Shown here in pieces: positions 47,610 to 58,514 of a stretch of 64,000 nt of DNA; the first letter of the stretch is position 1; the number at the start of each line of letters is the position of its first letter. The notes under the pieces were generated by a model. That model was not told the DNA's origin. It did not search any database and saw only the letters and a list, made by a program, of their open reading frames with translations. Position numbers and translations under genes: made by a program. Source of the DNA: an uncultured Spirochaetota bacterium (GTDB taxonomy: Bacteria; Spirochaetota; Spirochaetia; SZUA-6; Fen-1364); NCBI GenBank assembly GCA_963845535.1, contig CAWJSK010000016.1, forward strand, positions 70,422 through 134,421, given 5' to 3'.

Positions 47610-50600
47610 AAGCGGGGCCGGCGTTGAGCGTCCTGGCGCCGGACGGCGCCATTCAGCTTCCCAGCGTCACGGTGCTCAAGGCGTCGGCGGGCTCCGGCAA
47701 GACGCGCACCCTCACCGAAAGGTACGTCCAGTTTCTCCTTTCCCCCGTGGTCCCGAAGAACGCTCTTCGCAACGTCCTGGCCATCACGTTTTCCAACAAC
47801 GCGTCCCGGGAAATGAAGGAGAGCATCCTCCTGTGGCTCAAGTCCCTGCACTTCCGGGACCCCGAGCGCCTGGCGGAGATCGCCAGCGTTACAAGCGGCG
47901 GAGAGGCTGAGATCGTTCGCCGGGCCGGGGAGACGCTGGAGAAGGTGCTCAGCCAGTACTCCGACTTTCAGGTGAAGACCATCGACAGCTTCCTGTCCAC
48001 CATCTTTCGGGCTTCCGCAATCGAGTTGGGGGTGCCGCCGGATTTCCAGATCGAGTTGGACCCTACGCCGCTCATGGAATACGCCTTCGATCTTTTCCTT
48101 CGTGACGCTCGCCAGGGGAGCACGGCAGCCATGGTGCTGGACCAGACGGTCGCAGCCCTCGTGAACCAGAGAGGGGAAGCCGACGGCTTTCCCTGGGAGC
48201 CCGCATCCGCGCTGCGTTCGAGGGTCATGGAGATGGAAAAGCACCTCGGCATGCTCGAAGCAGACCCTCTGATCGAAGAGACCGCGGGCGCGGCGCGGGA
48301 GCTTGGCAGGCGGATCCTCGCGTGCCTGGAGGAGGTCGATCAGCTCGTGCGCGTGAGCGGCCTGGAGGAAACCCCCCGGTCCGCGTTCCGACGGTCGCTG
48401 GCTTCAGCGCGGGCAGGGATGTTCGTGGATATTGCCACGCGCGGCATGGCAACGGGCCCCGTGAAAAAGCCGCGCAAAAGACGCACAGCCCAGGTGCGGC
48501 GGCCCAGGATCTTCGTGACCTTGCGGCATGGGAGAGAATCGCTGCGGTCTGGGAAGAGACGCGAGCCCTGGCGGGAGAGTACGCGGCGCTCATGGCGCGC
48601 GGCTTCTATGCCCCGTACCTGCGTCTCCATGCAGAGCTCAGTGCCACCCGTGAGCGCGTCAAGAAGACCAGGGGCATCGTCTTCATCTCGGATGTGAGCC
48701 GCAAGCTCCTGTCCTGCCTGTCGGAGGACATGGTGCCGGAGGTCTACTTCAGGTTAGGGGAGAAGGTTTTTCACTACCTCATTGACGAGTTCCAGGACAC
48801 ATCGCCAATACAATGGAAGAACCTCCACCCCCTCATCGAGAACTCCCTTGCCCAGGGAGGGAGCCTCTTTGTCGTGGGCGACACGAAGCAGGCGATCTAC
48901 GGCTTCCGCCACGCGGACTACACGATCATGAGGAACATGGAGAGGGAAAGCCCCTTCCCGTCCACTCGACAGCACACCACGCTGTCCATGCACACGAACT
49001 ACAGGAGCCGGCCCGCGGTGGTCCGCGTGAGCGAGCGCGTTTTTCGGGAGAATGCAGCGGTCCTGCCTGAGTACCGGGAAGCAGCGCGCCAAAGCGGCCT
49101 GGATGACTGGCATCAAAACCCGCACGACACAAGCGCCCCGGGCCGTGTCTCAGTGGAGATAGTGGCGAAAGACGATGACGACCCGCCGGAGAGAGAAAAG
49201 CTCCACGCGGTGATCGATGAGCTGCGCGGACGGGGGTACCGGTGGGGGGACATTGCCGTGCTCGCCTCCCGCAATGACGAGGTCGTCAAGGCCACCTCGT
49301 GGCTCAATGAGAGGGGAGTCCCGTTCATCTCCTACAGCAGCCTCGACGTGAGACGGCGCAAGACCGCCGGAGAGATGCTCGCGCTTCTCACCTTCCTGGA
49401 TTCCCCCAAGGACGACCTGTCTTTCGTCACATTCATCCTGGGGGAAATCTTCAGGACCGCGTTGGACGACGCGGCAGGATCACCGGAGCCGGCCCGGCTG
49501 CACCGGTTCCTCCTGGAGAGCCGGGACAGGCGGCCACTGTACAAGGCGTTCCAGCAGGAGTTTCCCGAGGCGTGGAAAAGGTTCTTCGCCGGGCTCTTTC
49601 GCTCCGCGGGGTACCTGCCCCTCTACGACCTCGTGAGCGAAATCTACGCGGTCTTCGACGTCTTCGAGAGAAAGCCGGATGAGGAAGCCACACTGGCGAA
49701 GCTCCTGGAGGCCATCAAGGACTTCGAGGGCAGGGGCTTCAACAGCCTGCGGGATTTCCTTCGTTTTGCCGAAGGCCGTGAAGGGAGCAGTGCGTGGGAC
49801 ATCGACGTGCCGGAAGGCGCGGACTCTGTCCGGGCAATGACGATCCACAAGGCAAAGGGGTTGGGTTTCCCGGTGGTCATTGCCCTCCTCTACGGGGAAC
49901 GAAACCGCGGCTTCAGCCACACGGTGCTGCGGGAGGACGGTCAGCTCAAGCTCGTGAAGCTCACGCGTCAACTGTCCCGAGGGGATGACGAGCTGAGAGC
50001 GCTGTATGACGGGGAGCTGCTTCGGGACAAAGTCAACAAGCTCAACGGCCTGTATGTCGCCCTTACCCGGGCCAGGGAAGAGATGTACGTGATCGGAGTG
50101 AAGGGCGAACGGGATTCCTTCCCCTTCGACCTTCTGCCCGAGACCGGGTTTGCGGACGGCGCGCCGGGACAACCGCCGGCCCCGGGCGCCGCTCACGCCA
50201 GGCCGGCGCTTCTTTCCCACGCCGCGCGGCCCGTCCCTCCCGCCGTCGGGGCCAGGCGCCTCAGCTACGGAGAACGCGGACGCGGAGAGCTGGTGCACGC
50301 GGCGCTTTCCCGAATCACGTACGCCTCCGCCGAGGTGGAAGCGCAGATCCTCCAGGCCCTGGGACGGGCCGCGCGCGCAATGCGCGCTGATGCGGAGACG
50401 GACCACGCGGAGCTGGCTCGAGCAGCAGCTTTCCTCATCCGTCGGCCGCCTCTTGCGGAGCTTTTCTCTCCCCGGCCCGAACGGGCTGTCTTCACCGAAT
50501 GGGAGGTGTGCAGCGAAGAAGGGAAGCTTTTCCGGATGGACCGGGTGGTGGTGGACAAGGGTTGCGTCACGGTCATCGACTGGAAAACAGGCGCGGAGGA

Positions 50601-50730
50601 GGATCAGGCGGACCAGCACCGGGAGCAGATCGCCAACTACGCGCGTATCCTCCAGGCCGTCTACCCGGGGCGGCAGGTGAAAGCCGTCCTGGCGTACCTC
50701 GACCGGGGTGAAACGAGGTCTGTTCCTTGA
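47594..50730 (+). CDS. addA: AddA/RecB-like UvrD helicase-nuclease; frameshift at ~48464-48479
   Basis: ASAGSGKT, TIDSF; then IDEFQDT, VGDTKQAIYGFR, MTIHKAKGL, LYVALTRA, RMDR...IDWKTG. Confidence 0.87.
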
Positions 50731-53561
50731 AGGCAGTCCTGATCCCGGCGGGCGCGGACCTTGTCACGTACATTACCGCCTCCATTACCGCCTCGATTAC
50801 CGTTGACGGGGCGGACCTTTCGGATAGTCTGGTGGTCTTCCCCGGCAGGCGGCCGGGGCACTTCCTTCGGAAAGCCATAGCGGAAAAGCTGAAGGTGAGC
50901 TTCATTCCTCCGCGCATCCTTTCCATCGACGAGCTGATCGATGAGCTTCATGCCGACCGTCATCCGGAGCCCTGGCCGGACCTCGAAAGCATCGATGCGG
51001 TGGCGGTCCTCTACGACATCCATCGAGGCCTTCCGCGGCCTCTGGGCGGACCTGCGTTCCTCACTCCCGACGCCTTTTTCTCCATCGGAACAAAAATCTA
51101 CAACGACCTGGAGGAGCTCCGAATCGAGGGGGTGGACGCGCGCGCCGTCGGCGACATCCAGCCGTTCATAGAGGAAAAAATCCCGGAGCGCTCGCGTGAG
51201 AGCTTGCAGAAGCTCCAGGTGTTCTACCGGGAGTTTTATGATCGCATCAAAGCTTTGGGGCTTTCCACACGGTCCTCTCGCTACTGGGAGGTGTGCAGCG
51301 AGCCGAGAGAGCAGGATTTCGCCCGCTATCGCCGCATACTCTTTGCAGGGTTCTTCGCCCTGACCAGGGCTGAGCGAAAGCTGTTCTCCTCCGTCGGAGC
51401 GCTCCCCGGAGCTTTGCTCGTCTTCCAGGACGCGAACGGAATGCGGGAGAGACTCTCGGACATGGACATCCGAGCGGTGAGCGAGCCGCGCGCGGAGACG
51501 CCCCCGGCTCCCCCAACGGTCAATCTGATCCAGAGCCCTGACGGGCAAGGCCAGGTCTTTGCGCTCAACGCTCTCTTGGGGGAGCCTGACAGGCGCACCG
51601 TGATCGTGCTCCCTTCGGCGGACACGCTTTTTCCCGTCCAGCGCCATTGCCTCTCGCGCATGGACAGGGAGGATTACAACATCTCCCTCGGCTACCCCCT
51701 GGTTCGAACGCCGGTGTATGGGTTCCTGAACGACCTGATGGAGCTGGTCGGCTCCTTGGAGGGTGAACGCGTCTACGTGCCTCGATATCTCACCTTCATG
51801 CTTCACCCCTATACCAAGAACGCGCTGTTCAAGGGCTCGGCATCCGCGACCCGTGTGCTGATGCACACAATTGAGGAAAGGCTGAGCGGCGCGCGCACGC
51901 GCCTGTTCACGTCGCTTGCCGACATCGAGGACGACGAGTCTCTTTTCGAACAGGCGGCGCTCAGCATTGTCTCCGACGGCACGCCGGCATTGGCGCATGA
52001 GCTGCGCGCGCACCTGCGCGCCATCCATGACGCCACCATTGCGCGGCTTCGGTCCTTCACCAACGTGAAAGACTTCGCGGACAGGTGCATCGACTGTCTT
52101 GGCTGGGTGCACGACATGACAACGGCGCGGGACCATCCCTTCTTTTCGCCGTTCGCGCAATCATTCATCGAAACCCTGGAGACGATCTCCCGGTCCCTCA
52201 TGCGGGACGTCTCCTTCCAGGACCCGCGCAGCTATTTCACGCTCCTCAGGAAATACCTGGAGAGCCGCTACCAGCGCTTCCCCGGCACGCCGCTTCGGGG
52301 CCTGCAGGTCCTCGGTTCCCTGGAGACCCGAAACCTCTCCTTCGAGCGGGTGTTCGTCCTCGATGCCGTGGAAGGAGTGCTTCCCCGGACGGGCTCGGAG
52401 GATTCGCTTCTCCCCCTCTCGGTCCGTCGGGCCTTGCACCTTTCCACGCCGCGAGACCAGGAAGCCATGGAGAAGTACTACTTTTCCCTTCTCACCCGCG
52501 GTGCGCGCGAGCTCTCCGTGTTCTTCATCGACAACGGCGAAAAGCAGAAGTCCCGGTTCGTCGAGGAGCTTCTCTGGGAGCAGCAGCTCAGGGACCGCAC
52601 GGTGGAGAGCCGGCCGTACGTGCGGGCCATCCAGTACAAGGTCAATTTGTCGAACAGACCTCCTGCCGCGGTGGCAAAGACCGCGGAAATGGCGAACCTT
52701 CTTCGCGCCCGCCCCTTCAGCGCCTCCGGCCTGGATGCGTATCTCCGGTGCCCGCTTTCCTTCTACTACAGTCGCGTTCTTGGCCTGTCGAAACGCGAAG
52801 AGGTGACCGGAGAATACGAGAAGGCGGACATCGGCACGCTGGTGCACTCCATTCTGGCGGAGTTCTTTCTCCCCCTCGTGGGAAGACAGATGCAGCCGGC
52901 GGACCTGGACGGGACCCGCATGGCAGCTCTCGTGGACAGGCAATTCGCCTCAACATACGGAGGCTGGGATGCCGGGGCAGGCCGCCTGCTTCACGCGCAG
53001 ATCCAGGCGCACGTGGGGCGGTTTCTCAGCGACTACATGGGCCCGTTAGTGCAGGAAACAGCGGTGACCATGGTGGCCGTGGAGGAACGCCTCATGCGGG
53101 AGTGGCGGGGGTTCACGCTGAGCGGCCGGCTGGACGCCGTGCAGAGGCGCGGTGACGTCCTCTTTGTCATGGACTACAAGACCGGACATGATGCCAAAAG
53201 CAACGCAATCAATTTCAAGAAGCTGGACGTTGACCGCCGCGAAACCTGGAGCGGCGCTCTGGGGAGCTTGCAGCTTCCCGTGTACCTGCTCCTGCGTGAA
53301 GGCGCGGACCAGTCGGTCCAGCCGCGCGCGATGTTCCTGCTCCTGGGCAGGACCCGGCTGGACCGCGCCATCGAGCTTCCCCTTTTCACGGACCAGGACG
53401 AGGCCGCGCGCGAGATTCCCCGGCTCCAGGCCGTGATCCACTCGCTGCTCCAGGAGATCGTTTCCTCCGACGTCCCTTTCGTTCCCACGGAGGACAGGAA
53501 ACGCGCGTGCCCCACGTGTGATTTCAATACTATCTGCGGCACTCGCTGGCTTGCACAGTGA
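50727..53561 (+). CDS. addB: AddB-like PD-(D/E)XK nuclease subunit with Fe-S cysteines
   Basis: SASGLDAYLRCP, GRLD, DYKTG, CPTCDFNTIC; coupled to addA. Confidence 0.83.
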   Translation: MKAVLIPAGADLVTYITASITASITVDGADLSDSLVVFPGRRPGHFLRKAIAEKLKVSFIPPRILSIDELIDELHADRHPEPWPDLESIDAVAVLYDIHRGLPRPLGGPAFLTPDAFFSIGTKIYNDLEELRIEGVDARAVGDIQPFIEEKIPERSRESLQKLQVFYREFYDRIKALGLSTRSSRYWEVCSEPREQDFARYRRILFAGFFALTRAERKLFSSVGALPGALLVFQDANGMRERLSDMDIRAVSEPRAETPPAPPTVNLIQSPDGQGQVFALNALLGEPDRRTVIVLPSADTLFPVQRHCLSRMDREDYNISLGYPLVRTPVYGFLNDLMELVGSLEGERVYVPRYLTFMLHPYTKNALFKGSASATRVLMHTIEERLSGARTRLFTSLADIEDDESLFEQAALSIVSDGTPALAHELRAHLRAIHDATIARLRSFTNVKDFADRCIDCLGWVHDMTTARDHPFFSPFAQSFIETLETISRSLMRDVSFQDPRSYFTLLRKYLESRYQRFPGTPLRGLQVLGSLETRNLSFERVFVLDAVEGVLPRTGSEDSLLPLSVRRALHLSTPRDQEAMEKYYFSLLTRGARELSVFFIDNGEKQKSRFVEELLWEQQLRDRTVESRPYVRAIQYKVNLSNRPPAAVAKTAEMANLLRARPFSASGLDAYLRCPLSFYYSRVLGLSKREEVTGEYEKADIGTLVHSILAEFFLPLVGRQMQPADLDGTRMAALVDRQFASTYGGWDAGAGRLLHAQIQAHVGRFLSDYMGPLVQETAVTMVAVEERLMREWRGFTLSGRLDAVQRRGDVLFVMDYKTGHDAKSNAINFKKLDVDRRETWSGALGSLQLPVYLLLREGADQSVQPRAMFLLLGRTRLDRAIELPLFTDQDEAAREIPRLQAVIHSLLQEIVSSDVPFVPTEDRKRACPTCDFNTICGTRWLAQ

Positions 53562-53564
53562 ACC

Positions 53565-54041
53565 TCAGGAGCGGCGCGCGAAGGGAGCGCGTGAAGGGCT
53601 GCGCTCTGAGGCGTGGCCGTCCCCAAGGCCAATCCACTCCGAGCTTCCGTCCCGGTAGTGCTCCTTTTTCCAGATGGGGACCCGGCGCTTTACCTCGTCA
53701 ATGATGTAACGGCAGGCCTGGAACGCTTCCTCGCGATGGCCGGCGGTCACGCCAATCCAGATGGCCACCTCTCCTACGGCAAGCCGTCCCACCCTGTGGA
53801 CGCACCGGGCGGCAATGACGTTTGCCTGCGCTTCACGCACGATCGCAGTCCCCTCAGCCAGGCTGAGCGCGGGATACGCCTCATACTCAAGGCCGACCAC
53901 GGCGCGGGAGTCGTTCGTGTCGCGGACCCTGCCCTCGAAGGAGACGTAGGCTCCCGCATGAGCGCCGGGAAGGGATGCGGCGAGCTCACTCACCCTGAGG
54001 GGCTTGTCACTCAGCTCGAATGGCTCGAAGTCACCCATCAA
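53565..54041 (-). CDS. moaE: Molybdopterin synthase catalytic subunit
   Basis: FEGRVR, LEYEAY, HRVG, HR..AF, VPIWKKE. Confidence 0.93.
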   Translation of the reverse strand: MMGDFEPFELSDKPLRVSELAASLPGAHAGAYVSFEGRVRDTNDSRAVVGLEYEAYPALSLAEGTAIVREAQANVIAARCVHRVGRLAVGEVAIWIGVTAGHREEAFQACRYIIDEVKRRVPIWKKEHYRDGSSEWIGLGDGHASERSPSRAPFARRS

Positions 54042-54286
54042 CCGCCTGCAAAAGGGGAAAGGAAGACCACCGTGTCCCCGTCACGGACCTCCGCTGTCCA
54101 GGGAACGATTGTGTCATTCACCACGGCGCGCAGGATGGAGCGGTCAAAGGAGAATCCGTAGCGAAGAGCCACTTCGTCATACACATCCGCCGCGGTGGAG
54201 GCGGCGCTCTTCAATTCCTCCGCGTTCCGCCCCGCCGCCTCTCGAAAAGCCGCGAAGTATTGCATCCGTAGTGTCTTCTCAGCCAA
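54038..54286 (-). CDS. moaD: Molybdopterin synthase sulfur carrier
   Basis: YFAAFRE, AVVN, C-terminal PFAGG. Confidence 0.9.
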   Translation of the reverse strand: MAEKTLRMQYFAAFREAAGRNAEELKSAASTAADVYDEVALRYGFSFDRSILRAVVNDTIVPWTAEVRDGDTVVFLSPFAGG

Positions 54287-54294
54287 CGTCTCTC

Positions 54295-55338
54295 CTACCC
54301 TCCCACGGTGTACATTTCGACCTTCCGCGCCGCCTTCCCTCCGCCGTGGTTGTCCTTCGCGGCGCGCTCCTCAGAGTAGCGGTCCGCGCGCCTTGTCCAC
54401 AAGTCCCTGATCAGCGAAAGAAGCTCCGCATCCGAGGCGCCGCCGCGCAACGGGGCGCGAAGATCGAAGCCGCGGGCGGCAAAGAGGCACGTGTACAGCG
54501 TGCCGTCCGCCGAGAGGCGCAGGCGCGTGCAGTTGCTGCAGAACGGCTGGCTCACCGAGGAGATGAACCCGATCTCCCCCTGGCCGTCGAGGAAACGGTA
54601 GCGGGAGGCGACCTCGCCCCGGTAGTTGGGCTCGACGGGAGCAAGGGGATGGAGCGCGTTGATCCGCTCGAGCAGCTCCCGTGACGGCACAACCAGCTCC
54701 CGGCGCCACCGGTTGCGGTTGCCCACGTCCATGAACTCGATGAATCGGACGATGTGTCCCGTGCCCCGAAAATGGCGGACCATGTCCAGCGCCTGATGAT
54801 CGTTCATCCCGCGGATCACCACGCAGTTCAGCTTGATGGCGCGAAATCCCGCCGTCTCGGCTGCCTGGATCCCCTCGAGGACTGGTTGCACACGGTGAGC
54901 GCGGCCGTTCATCACGGCGAACGTCTCGTCATCCAGGGAGTCGAGACTGACGGTGAGCCGCCGGAGGCCGGCGGCCCGAAGCGTCCCGGCCATGCGCGCA
55001 AGGTGAGCGCCGTTGGTGATGAGGGCCAGGTCTTCCATACCCGGGATTCCCGACAACTTTTCCACGAGCTCGGGCAGCCAGGGGCGCAGGAGCGGTTCCC
55101 CGCCGGTGAGCTTGATCTTGACCACGCCGAGGCGCACAAACAGTCCGGCGACACGGGCAATCTCTTCGAAGGTGAGGAGCTCGGCTGGTTTCAGGAACTG
55201 GTACGCCTCGCCGAATACCTCCGCCGGCATGCAGTACGGGCATCGGAAGTTGCATGAGTCGATGACCGAAATACGAAGATCGCGGAGGGGCCTTCCAAAC
55301 AGGTCATGAACAGGCCCTTCGCGGATGATGTCACTCAC
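54295..55338 (-). CDS. moaA: GTP 3',8-cyclase
   Basis: CNFRCPYCMP, TGGEP, FCSNCTRLRL...YTCLF, C-terminal GG. Confidence 0.95.
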   Translation of the reverse strand: MSDIIREGPVHDLFGRPLRDLRISVIDSCNFRCPYCMPAEVFGEAYQFLKPAELLTFEEIARVAGLFVRLGVVKIKLTGGEPLLRPWLPELVEKLSGIPGMEDLALITNGAHLARMAGTLRAAGLRRLTVSLDSLDDETFAVMNGRAHRVQPVLEGIQAAETAGFRAIKLNCVVIRGMNDHQALDMVRHFRGTGHIVRFIEFMDVGNRNRWRRELVVPSRELLERINALHPLAPVEPNYRGEVASRYRFLDGQGEIGFISSVSQPFCSNCTRLRLSADGTLYTCLFAARGFDLRAPLRGGASDAELLSLIRDLWTRRADRYSEERAAKDNHGGGKAARKVEMYTVGG

Positions 55339-55409
55339 GAGCCAGCAAAATATAGGCAAAGGCTTGGCGTGACGGCAAGCCTCGGATAGGCTTTGTCGCA
55401 GAAGAGTTC

Positions 55410-56063
55410 GTGATGGAAAGGCCCGTTTACCGCGTTCATCATGTCAGGCACCTGAGCGAAAGCGCCTCTGTCCTGCGTTTCGACCGTCATGGGTTTCTCT
55501 TCGAGCCCGGTCAATACGTGAACCTCGGCCTGAAAGGCTCGATCGCCATGCGTGAGTATTCGATCTACTCGGGGGCCGGCGACCCCTTCCTGGAAGTGCT
55601 GATCCGAGCGGTGGAGGGCGGGCTGGTCTCCCGCGCGCTCAGGCGTTGCGAACCAGGGGACGCGCTGTCGGTGGAAGGACCGTACGGGAGCTTTGTCACG
55701 GATCCCGAGGAGAGGGGCTCCGCGAAGTTCCTGTTCATCGGGACCGGCACCGGGATATCCCCGTTTCACTGCCTGGTTCGAAGCTATCCCGGCATCGACT
55801 ACATGATCCTGCATGGCGTGCGCACCGCGGAGGAGTGTTTCGATTCGGACGTCTTCGACTCCTCACGCTACCTTTCGTGCGTAACACGGTCAGCCGGCGG
55901 CGGCTTTCCCGGCAGGGTCACCACGCGCCTTCGGGAGCGTCCGCCGGATCCGGCATGCCGCTGTTACCTGTGCGGCAACAGCGACATGATCTACGAGGCC
56001 TACGCCATCCTGAGGGGCCGCGGGGTGCCCAGGGACCACCTTCACGCGGAGATATACTTCTGA
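55410..56063 (+). CDS. Ferredoxin-NADP reductase family oxidoreductase
   Basis: FEPGQY, REYSIYS, GTGISP, YLCG. Confidence 0.88.
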   Translation: MMERPVYRVHHVRHLSESASVLRFDRHGFLFEPGQYVNLGLKGSIAMREYSIYSGAGDPFLEVLIRAVEGGLVSRALRRCEPGDALSVEGPYGSFVTDPEERGSAKFLFIGTGTGISPFHCLVRSYPGIDYMILHGVRTAEECFDSDVFDSSRYLSCVTRSAGGGFPGRVTTRLRERPPDPACRCYLCGNSDMIYEAYAILRGRGVPRDHLHAEIYF

Positions 56064-56203
56064 CGACTCTCCTCCGCGAAAAGGGGGCATAGGACTGGTT
56101 CACGCCGCCCACGTGCTCACTCCTTCTTCGCGGCCTCTCTTTTGTCGCGCGAGGAAGAACGGCGGAGAACCGGGCCTGACAAACCGGCGACAAAAGGATT
56201 GCT

Positions 56204-56749
56204 ATGAAAAGAACGGTGATTTTGCTTCTTTCCCTGGCTTTCACGGCGGCTGTCGCTTCCGGCCAGGCCATGGACAACAAGCAAATGCTGCGTCGGCTCG
56301 GGCTCACGGATGACCAGATCAACCAGTTCTCCGTCATCCAGCAGCAAGCGCAGCCGGGAATTCGCGCGGCGCAGCAGGACATGCGCGCAGCCAAAAGGCA
56401 GCTCGCCCAACTGCTCATGGACCCGAAAGCTGATCCTCAGGAGATCGACAGGCTCGTCCACGCGGCCACGGACGCGGAGGCGCGGATGAGGATCGCGCAG
56501 ATACAGCGGGAAATGTTGGTGCGCCAGCTCATCGGAGATCGCAAATGGCAAAAACTCGTGCTGTACCTGCGATTGCGCAGGCAGTTGCTTCGCGCCGAAT
56601 CGAGGAGCGAGGGTCCGTCCGGGGCCGGTCCCGCGTCCGTGACGGCTGATGACAACCCGGGGGGCGCACTGCAGCGGCAGAGGACCCAGACGCTCCTGAG
56701 GGAATTGCTCGATCTGCTGGGGGAGGACGAATCATCTCAGACGCAGTAA
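56204..56749 (+). CDS. Secreted Spy/CpxP-like helical protein
   Basis: Signal peptide, LGLTDDQ motif, helical Gln/Arg-rich body. Confidence 0.65.
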   Translation: MKRTVILLLSLAFTAAVASGQAMDNKQMLRRLGLTDDQINQFSVIQQQAQPGIRAAQQDMRAAKRQLAQLLMDPKADPQEIDRLVHAATDAEARMRIAQIQREMLVRQLIGDRKWQKLVLYLRLRRQLLRAESRSEGPSGAGPASVTADDNPGGALQRQRTQTLLRELLDLLGEDESSQTQ

Positions 56750-56757
56750 ACGCCAGG

Positions 56758-57330
56758 GTGGCAGACGCGGACGAGGCGCTGACCCGACAGTTTGCCGCCA
56801 CCTCCGACCATGGCGCTTTCGTCACGCTCTTCGAGAGGCATCGACCAGCCATTCGGAGACTCCTTGCGGGGCTCTTCAACGGCGCAGCGGAGGACATGGA
56901 GGATGCTGAACAGGAGATACTCGCGGCCCTTTACGTGGGGATTGCAAGGTTCCGCTTCCAATCTTCCTTCCGGACATTCCTCTACCGTCTCTGCCGCAAC
57001 ACCGCAATCGACATGCTTCGCTCCAAGCGTCGGGAAAGAAGGCGCGTGGAGGCCGCAGGTCGCGAGGCCCTGGTGCGGAGCGCCGCCTCCCGGGAGGCGG
57101 TTTTCGATCCGGACGAGGGCCTGGTGCGTGAGGAGAGCCGCGGAGCCCTCCGAAGGGCCCTGGCGTCCCTTGGCGCCGACGAGCGTCTCCTGGTTGTGCT
57201 GAAGGAATCCGAGGGCTTGTCGGTGGAGGAAATTGCGCGCGTGCTTTCGATCCCCCAAGGCACCGTGAAGTCGCGCTTGCACAGGAGCCGGGAAAAGCTG
57301 GCGCGGCTTCTGGGTGGGATGGAGGAATAA
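56758..57330 (+). CDS. ECF sigma factor
   Basis: EDAEQE, FRTFLYRLCRNTAID, GTVKSRLHR. Confidence 0.9.
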   Translation: MADADEALTRQFAATSDHGAFVTLFERHRPAIRRLLAGLFNGAAEDMEDAEQEILAALYVGIARFRFQSSFRTFLYRLCRNTAIDMLRSKRRERRRVEAAGREALVRSAASREAVFDPDEGLVREESRGALRRALASLGADERLLVVLKESEGLSVEEIARVLSIPQGTVKSRLHRSREKLARLLGGMEE

Positions 57331-57822
57331 ATGAAGAACAAGGCAAAGAACGAATGCATTCGCGTTCGCGGGACGCTTCAAGACCTGCATGACGCGGGGG
57401 AAAAACCGCGCGAAAGCGCTGCGGAGCACCTGCTCAATTGCCATGAGTGCGCGGCATTCGAGGCTTTCCTGGAGGGCCTTTCCCGAAACCTCCGGGACAC
57501 GCTGGAGGAAGCGACGGTCCGGCTCCCCGCTCCCGACTACGCGCGGCCAATTGCAAACGCATCCGCCAGAGCCGCGCCGGGTCACCTCAGACGGTTCGCC
57601 CTTGCCGCCACTGCCGCCGCGTTCCTTGCTCTCGCGGTCCCGGCGTCCATCCTCATCGTTTCCGCCGTGCGCGAAAAGGCCGCTATGCAGCAGGCCGTGA
57701 CGACTTTCGTGAACGACCTCTTCCGCTCCTCATCGGATGAGAGAGCCGAGTATCACAAAGAAGGCTCTTCCGCTTCCGGTGAAGCCCTTGATTCCCTGCT
57801 GAACGACCTCGCCTCGGATTAG
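57331..57822 (+). CDS. Putative zinc-finger anti-sigma factor with TM helix
   Basis: HLLNCHEC (HxxxCxxC), hydrophobic segment, directly follows ECF. Confidence 0.75.
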   Translation: MKNKAKNECIRVRGTLQDLHDAGEKPRESAAEHLLNCHECAAFEAFLEGLSRNLRDTLEEATVRLPAPDYARPIANASARAAPGHLRRFALAATAAAFLALAVPASILIVSAVREKAAMQQAVTTFVNDLFRSSSDERAEYHKEGSSASGEALDSLLNDLASD

Positions 57823-57909
57823 CCGCGGACAAGCCGGCAGGACGGCCAGGGAAGGGATCCTTACGAGGGATGGGAACCTGTCGTCGAGGCCCGGCGACTA
57901 ATACTCCGT

Positions 57910-58502
57910 ATGACCGCTGCAACGCCCGGATCTCGCGGGTCTGGTTCTCCCATCGCCCTCTTCGCCTATAACCGCCCGCACCACCTCGCCAAATGTCTTG
58001 CCAGCATCGCCGCGAACCCCGAGGCGCATGAGACTCCGCTGTATCTCTTCCTCGATGGGCCCAGGACCGAGGAGGACGTCCCCCTCGTTGCGCTGGTTGC
58101 CGAAATGGCCCGCTCGGCCGCGGAGTCTCTCGAGGTGCGGATCGTGGAACGGGGCTGCAACAGGTCCACGGGGAGCTGGATTCCTGGGCAATCCGCTGGA
58201 CCTATGCGCACTTCGCCCATCATGCGGTGTGCCTGGTTCCCGTCGAGTCAATAGTCAACAAGATCGGCGCGGACGGCTCGGGCGTCCACATGAAGCCGTC
58301 CCGGCGATATTTCCATCACACCCTGAACGACAAACGTACATTGCGCTTGCCTTCCCTCGTGTATGTCGACCCCCTGATCGAGCGGTCATACAAGACCGCT
58401 GAAAGGAAAGGACATATCCAACGGGCCGCGCGAAAGCTGCTTGCGCGACCGCGGAGCCCCGGGCAGAAGCAGCGCGCTGTACGAATGGCTCCCGGGTGCT
58501 GA
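57910..58502 (+). pseudogene. Glycosyltransferase remnant with internal deletion
   Basis: N-terminal PIALFAYNRPHH...FLDGP joined out of frame at ~58165 to LDSWAIRW...SIVNKIGADGSGVH. Confidence 0.72.
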
Positions 58503-58514
58503 AAGCCCGTGTTG

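Noticed and set aside
48461..48479. Programmed -1 frameshift in addA at GTG AAA AAG
   Set aside because: Not a full X XXY YYZ heptamer, and several similar indels elsewhere point to sequencing error
2106..52160. Long antisense or alternate-frame ORFs such as 2106-3500, 12715-14346, 20779-22299, 30350-31648 and 50661-52160
   Set aside because: They shadow well-supported genes, lack motifs and are expected in high-GC DNA
47594..53561. Helicase-nuclease pair as an anti-phage defence system
   Set aside because: Architecture and Fe-S cysteines fit housekeeping AddAB repair
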